From: Promethearchaeota archaeon
GTDB lineage: Archaea > Asgardarchaeota > Lokiarchaeia > Sigyniarchaeales > SOKP01
NCBI GenBank assembly: GCA_019058015.1
Contig: JAHLWH010000268.1
Location: 1-37,224 of the forward strand
Direction: 5' to 3'
DNA: 37,224 nt
Shown here: piece after piece, positions 29,986 to 37,224 of the stretch
How positions within the stretch are numbered: position 1 is the stretch's first letter
Layout: each line of letters begins with the position of its first letter
The notes under the pieces: generated by a model
The model's database searches: none
The model's input: only the letters and a program-made list of their open reading frames with translations
What the model was told of the DNA's origin: nothing
Translations under genes and position numbers: made by a program

Positions 29986-31179
29986 ATGGTTAAAATGAAA
30001 ACAGTTTCATTATTTGCAAAATGGGATCCCAAGGAAGAATTCAAATTGGGATCGAAAGATATTGATGGAAAATTAACCTATTTAGGTTCTCAAGTCTGGC
30101 GGAATCCTGAAGTGAAAGTTATCAATAAAGAAAAACCGAAAATTAAACCAAATGAAGTCCTTATAAAAGTAAAAAGGTGTGGAATTTGTGGTTCTGATGT
30201 TCATATGGCTCAAAAAGATGAAGATGGATATATTTATTATCCCGGATTAACAGCTTTTCCATGTACGTTGGGTCATGAATTTTCAGGAGAAATAGTTGAG
30301 ATTGGAGAGCAAGCAATATCTAAAAGAACAATAAAAAAATTTACAGCTGGAGAGCCAGTTACTGTTGAAGAGATGGTATGGTGTGGTGAGTGTAAACCGT
30401 GTTGTGATGGTTATCCAAATCACTGTGAAAGGTTGCAGGAAATTGGGTTTTCTATTGATGGAGCATATGCAGAATATATTGCTGTACCTGCTAAGTTATG
30501 TTGGAGTTTGAAAATATTAGAAGGTAAATATGGTGATATTTATAAATTAGGGAGTTTAACTGAGCCTACATCTGTTGCTTATAATGCCGTAATTGAAAGG
30601 GGAGGTGGAATTCGTCCAGGTGAAAATGTTATTATATTAGGAGCGGGACCAATTGGAATTGCTGCTGCAAAAATTTTAAAGACATCTGGAGCAGCGGTTT
30701 GTATTGTTTCAGAACCTGAAGAAAGTAGAGCAAAGTTAGCAAAAAGGATGGGTGCAGACTATATCATTAATCCAATAGAGGAAAATTTTGTTGAGCGCGT
30801 AAAAGAATTAACAGACGGAGAGGGAGCAAAATTATATCTCGAAGCTACAGGTCTTCCACATATTGTCACAGATGATATTCAAAACGCTATTTGGGAATGT
30901 AAAGGAGTTAATAGCACGGTTGTGATTGTTGCACGAGCCGAACAAAGAATGCCAGTTTGTGGAGAGTATTTTCAAGTCAAGAGAGCAAGAATTATAGGAA
31001 GTCAAGGACACAGCGGGCATAGTACGTTTCCAAATGTAATAAATTTGATGGCTTCTGGACTATGCGATATGTCTCCAATGATAACCAAAGAAATCTCTCT
31101 TAATCAAGTACCAGAAAATTTGAAATTATTGCAAACTGATAAAGAGAATTGTAAAATATCAGTAAATATAGACAATTGA
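29986..31179 (+). CDS. iolM: scyllo-inosose 3-dehydrogenase (Thermotoga IolM-like)
   Basis: MDR motifs plus the family-specific segments AKWDP..FKLG.KDI.GKLT.LGS.VWR.PE, GYIYYPGLT.FP and GSQGHSGH.TFP, as recalled for T. maritima IolM. Confidence 0.88.
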   Translation: MVKMKTVSLFAKWDPKEEFKLGSKDIDGKLTYLGSQVWRNPEVKVINKEKPKIKPNEVLIKVKRCGICGSDVHMAQKDEDGYIYYPGLTAFPCTLGHEFSGEIVEIGEQAISKRTIKKFTAGEPVTVEEMVWCGECKPCCDGYPNHCERLQEIGFSIDGAYAEYIAVPAKLCWSLKILEGKYGDIYKLGSLTEPTSVAYNAVIERGGGIRPGENVIILGAGPIGIAAAKILKTSGAAVCIVSEPEESRAKLAKRMGADYIINPIEENFVERVKELTDGEGAKLYLEATGLPHIVTDDIQNAIWECKGVNSTVVIVARAEQRMPVCGEYFQVKRARIIGSQGHSGHSTFPNVINLMASGLCDMSPMITKEISLNQVPENLKLLQTDKENCKISVNIDN

Positions 31180-31183
31180 TTTA

Positions 31184-31519
31184 TTATATATTTCTTATTT
31201 TATCAATTAATTCCTTACTTTTACTCTTAAAAACACGTATATAAGTATCTTTTTCTTGTTCCACATCAAATTTAGAAGTAATACCTCTTTTTTTTATTTC
31301 TTCAAGAAGATCCCATAGTGAGGCACTCGAAATATTTGCTGCTCGCTCTAATGTATCTCCTTTTTGATATAAATTAATAGCAACTTCTATTTTTTGCTGC
31401 TCAATCCCAGTATTAATTATTTTTCTAACAATTGTCGCTCTATCTACACCGAGTAAATCAGCTATACGATCAAGTTCATCAATTATCTCCTTCTTCATTC
31501 TTACTGAAAGATTGATCAT
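31184..31519 (-). CDS. Ribbon-helix-helix/UPF0175-family small DNA-binding protein
   Basis: LSVRM....ELD.IA...GVDRATIVR (RHH) followed by AINLYQKG.TLERAA.I...SLWDLLE. Confidence 0.8.
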   Translation of the reverse strand: MINLSVRMKKEIIDELDRIADLLGVDRATIVRKIINTGIEQQKIEVAINLYQKGDTLERAANISSASLWDLLEEIKKRGITSKFDVEQEKDTYIRVFKSKSKELIDKIRNI

Positions 31520-31632
31520 TATTTATTTTAACATTTTTTTTATTTTCCTAATAAAATAATTTCATTTTCTTTAATTAATTTGATTAAGAAAATTTTTAAT
31601 TGAATGGAAAAAAAAAGAATAATATAATTAAA

Positions 31633-32598
31633 TTAAGGTGGATATCGTAGTTCATAGATACTCTTTCCGCCTTTTAATGGTCCTTTTATGTATTCCATTA
31701 CTTCTTTAGGATCTCTTTGTGTTATACCTTCTATTGGAGGTAATTTTCCAGGAGGAAAAGTTTTCAATATATCATTTACTAATTTCTCAAGATAATCTAG
31801 GAGTGCCTCAATTCCTGGTTTTCCTTTCTCAAATGTTCCTTTACTGGACCAACCAACATTTCCCTCGGGATAAGCAGACACCTCTATCGGACCAAAACCA
31901 ACCTGACCATACCATTTTATCGGTTTCTGATAAATATTACCTGCTTTATCAACATGTCCTTCAGGCATCCATCCAACCGGTTTATTATCAGTTGCATTTT
32001 CTAATTTTATCATCTCAGGAAATAAAACCATGGAGAATGATGTTTCAGCCTCATCTGCATGAATAAAAGGTGTATCAAATGGTCCGCCGTGTTCTTTATC
32101 CATACAATGCTCTGGAATTGCGTGATACCAATTTACATTACAAATAACTGCCGGCAATTGATAATTTTTTGCCCATTCATGAATCGCAGAAGGAATAACG
32201 TATTCTTGACCATGACCATTAAGTAATATTTGTTTTCTAAAACCTAAGTTCCATAAGCCAGCTATTACAGCTCGAATCATTCCTTTAAAATGTACTTCTG
32301 GCACAATGATGCTACCGGGCATTCCTACATGATGATAAGGATGGCTTCCATACCATAGTGGTTCAGCTACCGTACATCCAGTTTTTTCCGCAATCAATTC
32401 GGCCATTCGCGTCACAAGAAATGTATCTTCACCAATACACGCAGCGCCTCCATGATTTTCCGTCGATCCAAGAGGTACGATTATAACATCGTTTTTCTTT
32501 AATCGTTCTTGAATCTCAGTAATACTCATTGTTTGTAAATAAATCCCTTGGGGTTTATCCATTATGCCTCCTTTCGGTGGCAAATCCCATTTACTCAT
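31633..32598 (-). CDS. iolN: 3-dehydro-scyllo-inosose hydrolase (creatininase family, IolN-like)
   Basis: PLGSTENHG, GEDTFLVTRMAE, HPYHHVGMPG, LNGHGQE, PFIHADEAETS; lies near iolM. Confidence 0.88.
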   Translation of the reverse strand: MSKWDLPPKGGIMDKPQGIYLQTMSITEIQERLKKNDVIIVPLGSTENHGGAACIGEDTFLVTRMAELIAEKTGCTVAEPLWYGSHPYHHVGMPGSIIVPEVHFKGMIRAVIAGLWNLGFRKQILLNGHGQEYVIPSAIHEWAKNYQLPAVICNVNWYHAIPEHCMDKEHGGPFDTPFIHADEAETSFSMVLFPEMIKLENATDNKPVGWMPEGHVDKAGNIYQKPIKWYGQVGFGPIEVSAYPEGNVGWSSKGTFEKGKPGIEALLDYLEKLVNDILKTFPPGKLPPIEGITQRDPKEVMEYIKGPLKGGKSIYELRYPP

Positions 32599-32878
32599 AT
32601 TTTATCACATGAATATATTTAATTTAATTAATTTAGTTAATCAAGCATAAGTGATAAATTTATTTAGGAAGTGAAAATAAAGGTGGTTTATTTTCTTTTA
32701 TCTTTCCTTAAACAATCAAAATTGAGATAAGTGTTTTATTCAAATTAAGATTAAAGAAGAAAATATTTTTTATTCCCAAAAAAGTAAAAAATTATTAATA
32801 GAAGTAATCAATTATTAATCATTCTTAAAAGTTAATATAAGAATTTCAAGGGAGAAAATTAAAAATTATTGATGGTGT

Positions 32879-35800
32879 ATGCTTCAAGGAGAAACTGAAG
32901 AGGTTTTATTAGAAAAAGCAAGGTTTGAAGAGAAAAGTTATAATTGGACGGAAGTTGCTAGGCTGTACGAACAGGTAGTGCAGGTTTATTTAGATAAAAA
33001 AGTTGTTGAGAAGGCTGCAGAGTGTTACAAAAAGATTGGATATGCTTATTCACGTGCTGCTAATAAATCCGATTCTGCAGAAGAATATTTGAAATTAAAT
33101 AAAAATGCTGTTAAAGCTTATAAAAAGGCTGCCGATATCTATAAAGAGATCGATAAAAGTGTTGAAGTGTTAGAATGTGAAGCAGAAGCTTTATACTTCA
33201 ATGGAATTATGGAGGATTCCCTTATAGGAGCATATAATTCTTACAGAAAATCTTATGAACTTTTTATTAAGGCAAGCGAGATTTATTCCAAGAAAAGTGA
33301 TCAAGAAAGTTTTGCGAGAACTCTGAGCCGAGCAATTACGTCTTTCAGTCTATTTTCATCTACTTTTCATGAACATGGTTATTTTAAGCAATCATTTCAA
33401 GAAGGAAAGGATTTATCAATTAAATCCTGGAATGCTTCAATGCAAATTAAAAATACTCAATACATAGCCGAAACTTTAAGCGCTGAATGGCGTTTATTAG
33501 TGAATTTAACATTTGTTATAGATTTTAAGTGGGATGAAAAGTTCAAGGAATGGTGTAATGAAGCTCTTTTAAGATGTGATAAAAGTTTAATGCTTATAGA
33601 GGAAAGTGATGATTTTGGATTTCTTGGAATAATTTACTCTACTGTTGGTAGTTTATATGGGTTCTATGGAGTTGAACTTATTGAAAATGAAATTAAGCAA
33701 AGGCAAAATATTAATAAAGGATTAAAATTGCTTGAAAAGGGTTTGGGATACGCAAGAAAAGCTGAAGACAAGCAAATAATACTTTGGTCAGTATTTTGGT
33801 TAGATTGGTGGGCTTGGCTTGGTGGTAGAGTTGATTATCTTCAGAAGAGAATATTTGATGACCTTCAAATATATGAGAAAATATCTAAAATATACAAAAA
33901 TTTATTCAACGTCTGGCATTGGTATGCTAATATTTTGCCTGCAATCTATTATGCAAATTTTGCTCAGAGAAGCTTTTTTACTTCAGCTCAGAGGAAAAAA
34001 TATGCTGAAAAAGGAATTAAATATGCTAACACATGTATAAAAATTTCATCTCTTTCACCTTGGTCTACATTAACATATCAGCTGTTGACTTGGATATATT
34101 CACAATTAACTACTCATACTAAAGTAAAGGATGAAAGGGATAAAAATGCTCAAAAGATGTTAGAATACGCTAAAAAAGCTGAAAAAATTGCTGAAAATTG
34201 CGAAGGAGGATTAGCTAGAGCTGCTCAATACTCATCTATGTTCAGAGCCTATAAAACTCTTGCGGATATCGCCGAGAATAAGGAAGATAGAATTAAGATG
34301 TTATCGGTTGCTATAAATGCATCTAAGAAGTATATAGAACACTCCATGGAGTCTCGGACTGGTATTATAACAGCCCAAATACGGTTAGGTCTTCTCTATG
34401 AAGAACTTGGCATCATAACTGTGGAAATAGACCCATTAATGCAGGCAAGGGAGAGTTTCCTAAATGTAATTAAAGAAAGTCTTGAAAAGGGGTACTATTC
34501 TTATGCAGCAGTCACTCACGAATATATTGCACATATAGAGGATCGACTAGGAAATCATACAGCCTCCGCAGAACATTATGAGAAAGCCCAAGAAAGTCAT
34601 ACAGAATCGTTGAAAGCCATCGAGTATAACCCATTAAAAAACAGAGTTAAGGAAAAAATAAACTATACTCGTGCTTGGAATCTAATTGAACAAGCTAAAA
34701 CTTATCATAAAAGGGAAAACCACTTAAAAGCCAAGGAATGTTACGAAAAATCATATGAAATTCTAAAAGAACTACCAAGTTACAATTATGAAGCACTCTA
34801 TTATACTGCGTGGATCACTCAAGAGGAAGCAGAGCAACTCAGTAAGCAAGAGAAGCACAAAGAAGCAATAGAGAGTTTCGAAAAGACTAAAAAAATCTTT
34901 AATGACACTATAAAGATGCTGATAAAATCTGCTAACCAATCTAAAGAAAAAAATGAAAGAGTAAGAATCAAGAAACTTGAGAAAGTAGCTGATATAAGAA
35001 TGAATCATTGCTCAGCCAGAGCTGATCTTGAGAAAGCAAGAATTTTAGGAAAACAGGGAGAACATCTCGCAGCTGCAGAAAAATTTTTATCCGCAGCTTC
35101 CCAATTCAGAGATATTTGCAAACTCTTCAAAATTAAGCGAGAACGAGAGGAATTAGAAGCTGTTTATTATCTTTGTAAAGCTTGGGAAAGCATGGAACTT
35201 GCGGAGAAATACGAGGACCCTGATAGGTTCGAAAAAGCGGCAAATCTATTTTCAAAAGCCAGTAAACTCTTTACCGAAAGCAAACTAAAGTTGCTGGCTT
35301 CGGGAAATTCCGCCTTCTGTCAAGCAATGGAGCACGGTTGCAAGTTCGACGAGTCAATAGAAATGGAAATTAAAGCGCAATTATATCCAAAGATTAAATT
35401 GATAATTAGAAAAGCAGCAACATTATATGGAAAGGGTGGTTTTGAAAGTGGGGCTGATTGGGCTCTGGCAACATCAGCTTATTTTGATGCAGCATGGCAC
35501 TTAATTAGGGCAGACGAGGAATTAGAGCTTAACAAAAGGAGGGAACTTCTAGGGATTGGATCTAAGTATTTGAGATCAGCCGCAGAACTTTTTAGTAAAA
35601 CTGGTTATAAAGATAAGGAAAAGGAAGTTCAAGAGCGTTTAGAAAGATTGGAGAAAGAAGACAAGATTTTATTCTCAGCTTTAAGCACTATAAGAGAACC
35701 CTCTATCTCAAGAAGTACATTAGGCATCGTTGCCCCTGCTTGCCCAATAGAAACCAGCCAATCTCCAAGAGTAAGCGAAGCACGACAGATCAACGAAGAA

Positions 35801-36712
35801 TCAAGGAGAGTCATGGAAGAAATGGTGGCAAAAAAGAAATACAACCTTATCTACAGAGATTTACTCAAAGAGTATCCTAAAATTCAAAGAAGAGAATGCA
35901 GAGTAGGCATCGCCCAAATTGGTTTATCTAACACAGGTGATATATTAAGTGAATTCTATGAAGAGAACACTTTAGGTCTTTTAGGTTTACGAGAGGATAA
36001 AGTTGAAAATGTTAGAAATTTGGTTAAAAACATGATTGAAATGGCTAATACAAAAGGAGTTAATATCCTACTTTTCCCAGAAATGACCATCGACCTCAAT
36101 TACGGTGAATTACTCGAAGATATATCAAACCTTGCAAAAGCCTATGAAATGTATATAATTCCAGGATCATATCACGACCAAGAAATAAAGCGAAACTTCA
36201 GTGTGGTAATAGGACCAGAAGGGATTCTCTGGGAACAAGAGAAACATATCCCAGCTATTATACACTTTGAGGGGAAAAGATTTAAGGAAGGAATAGATGT
36301 GGGAGACATTCCTCGAAAAACCATCATCTGCAATACGGAGTTTGGAAGAATCGCAATTGTTATATGCCGAGACTTCCTTGATATGGATCTTAGGGTGGAA
36401 TTAAAAAACTTTGAGCCACCGGTGGATATAATTCTCAACCCAGCCTTCACGCCTGTTTCAGCTGACTTCAAAGCAGCCCACTTTGATGCCCGTAGATCTA
36501 TCTATGCCTACTGTTTCTTCGCTAACGTTGCCGAATTTGGTGATTCTCTCATATATACGCCAGAAAAAGAACGTATTGAAAGAACAATACAACCAAAGGA
36601 AGAGGATTTAATCTATAAGGATATAGACCTCTTCAAACTGCGTTCAGAACGCAAAAAATGGGAAAAAGAACAAAGTAAAGTAAGAAGATTTATCCAAAGC
36701 ACAAGAGAATAG
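32879..36712 (+). CDS. Large TPR/SNAP-like alpha-solenoid protein with a C-terminal carbon-nitrogen hydrolase (nitrilase-fold) domain
   Basis: About 950 aa of helical repeats (KAAECY, A...Y.KA), then VGIAQ, LLFPEM, IIPGSY, QEKHIP, GRIAIVICRD (E-K-C triad). Confidence 0.88.
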   Translation: MLQGETEEVLLEKARFEEKSYNWTEVARLYEQVVQVYLDKKVVEKAAECYKKIGYAYSRAANKSDSAEEYLKLNKNAVKAYKKAADIYKEIDKSVEVLECEAEALYFNGIMEDSLIGAYNSYRKSYELFIKASEIYSKKSDQESFARTLSRAITSFSLFSSTFHEHGYFKQSFQEGKDLSIKSWNASMQIKNTQYIAETLSAEWRLLVNLTFVIDFKWDEKFKEWCNEALLRCDKSLMLIEESDDFGFLGIIYSTVGSLYGFYGVELIENEIKQRQNINKGLKLLEKGLGYARKAEDKQIILWSVFWLDWWAWLGGRVDYLQKRIFDDLQIYEKISKIYKNLFNVWHWYANILPAIYYANFAQRSFFTSAQRKKYAEKGIKYANTCIKISSLSPWSTLTYQLLTWIYSQLTTHTKVKDERDKNAQKMLEYAKKAEKIAENCEGGLARAAQYSSMFRAYKTLADIAENKEDRIKMLSVAINASKKYIEHSMESRTGIITAQIRLGLLYEELGIITVEIDPLMQARESFLNVIKESLEKGYYSYAAVTHEYIAHIEDRLGNHTASAEHYEKAQESHTESLKAIEYNPLKNRVKEKINYTRAWNLIEQAKTYHKRENHLKAKECYEKSYEILKELPSYNYEALYYTAWITQEEAEQLSKQEKHKEAIESFEKTKKIFNDTIKMLIKSANQSKEKNERVRIKKLEKVADIRMNHCSARADLEKARILGKQGEHLAAAEKFLSAASQFRDICKLFKIKREREELEAVYYLCKAWESMELAEKYEDPDRFEKAANLFSKASKLFTESKLKLLASGNSAFCQAMEHGCKFDESIEMEIKAQLYPKIKLIIRKAATLYGKGGFESGADWALATSAYFDAAWHLIRADEELELNKRRELLGIGSKYLRSAAELFSKTGYKDKEKEVQERLERLEKEDKILFSALSTIREPSISRSTLGIVAPACPIETSQSPRVSEARQINEESRRVMEEMVAKKKYNLIYRDLLKEYPKIQRRECRVGIAQIGLSNTGDILSEFYEENTLGLLGLREDKVENVRNLVKNMIEMANTKGVNILLFPEMTIDLNYGELLEDISNLAKAYEMYIIPGSYHDQEIKRNFSVVIGPEGILWEQEKHIPAIIHFEGKRFKEGIDVGDIPRKTIICNTEFGRIAIVICRDFLDMDLRVELKNFEPPVDIILNPAFTPVSADFKAAHFDARRSIYAYCFFANVAEFGDSLIYTPEKERIERTIQPKEEDLIYKDIDLFKLRSERKKWEKEQSKVRRFIQSTRE

Positions 36713-36783
36713 AATTATTGAACACCTTATTCTATAAAATTATAAAAAATAGATTGAAAAATTAAGAAAAATATTATTAATTT

Positions 36784-37224
36784 TTATTTTCCTTTCCATT
36801 TGGGTTTGGTTTTTTGGAGTTTTGCTAAAGCACCTATCGTAGCATCTTTTGTTTGAAGCAATTGGGAACTTACCAGAGTTTCTAATTCCAATCCGAAAGC
36901 CACATCCTTACCATAACAGTCATCAATTAATTTTTTTGCTAAACCAACTGCTAAAGGAGCGCTATCAATTAATTCGTCTGTATATTGTTTAATTAATGAA
37001 TCTAATTCTTCTGGAGTTTTTGCTACTCGATTTATGACTCCTAAGCGATATGCTTCATTTCCATCAAATTGTCTCCCTGTAAGAACAATATCTTTGGTAT
37101 TTGGGATACCCACAAGTCTTACTAGCCTGCAACATCCACCTACATCAGGATTCATTCCGATTTTAGTTTCTAACATACTAAATATTGCCGAATCCATGGC
37201 AAATCGAAAATCACATGCAAGAGC
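36784..37224 (-). CDS. Enoyl-CoA hydratase/isomerase family protein (5' end outside the window)
   Basis: The frame stays open to the window edge (ALACDFRFA) and continues ETKIGMNPDVGG..RLVRLVG, LTGR, EA.RLG.INRV, APLAV..AK. Confidence 0.92.
   Translation of the reverse strand, partial: ALACDFRFAMDSAIFSMLETKIGMNPDVGGCCRLVRLVGIPNTKDIVLTGRQFDGNEAYRLGVINRVAKTPEELDSLIKQYTDELIDSAPLAVGLAKKLIDDCYGKDVAFGLELETLVSSQLLQTKDATIGALAKLQKTKPKWKGK

Noticed and set aside
141-36471. Many 60-117 aa ORFs nested in or antisense to real genes (e.g. 1892-2245, 18068-18379, 31719-32066)
   Set aside because: They are shadow frames of well-supported CDSs with no independent evidence.
1-37224. CRISPR array, rRNA/tRNA, IS or integrase
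   Set aside because: None recognised; intergenic gaps are short and AT-rich, without GC-rich structured segments or periodic repeats.

Overview
Very AT-rich, gene-dense prokaryotic window that most resembles a Lokiarchaeia/Promethearchaeota-type (Asgard) archaeal chromosome. This is an inference from GGTGA-type RBSs, a tungsten AOR, CTP-dependent isoprenoid-kinase-like genes, a divergent small GTPase, large TPR/solenoid proteins and an Smc5/6-type SMC. The centrepiece (10.3-16.3 kb) is a tight four-gene cluster: a catalytically degenerate classic-clade AAA+ protein, an Smc5/6-like SMC, a ScpA-like kleisin and a KITE-like tandem winged-helix protein. The SMC's Walker A head lies upstream of the ORF-track start, in frame with the AAA gene across a single TAG, with no ATG/GTG/TTG available. 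Also present: an XRE-regulated ABC exporter with a tandem operator, an SDR gene split around a CPBP-like gene, bacterial-type gpmA, a motif-degenerate IDI-2, a frameshifted orphan DNA methyltransferase, a GTPase plus unknown partner, RimK-type ligase, Maf, two dolichol/phytol-kinase-like genes flanking AOR, Thermotoga-type iolM/iolN inositol genes, and a 1277-aa solenoid-nitrilase fusion. Three single-G indels may be sequencing errors. No rRNA, tRNA, CRISPR array, transposase or integrase was recognised. All family calls come from motif recognition by eye; no searches were run.
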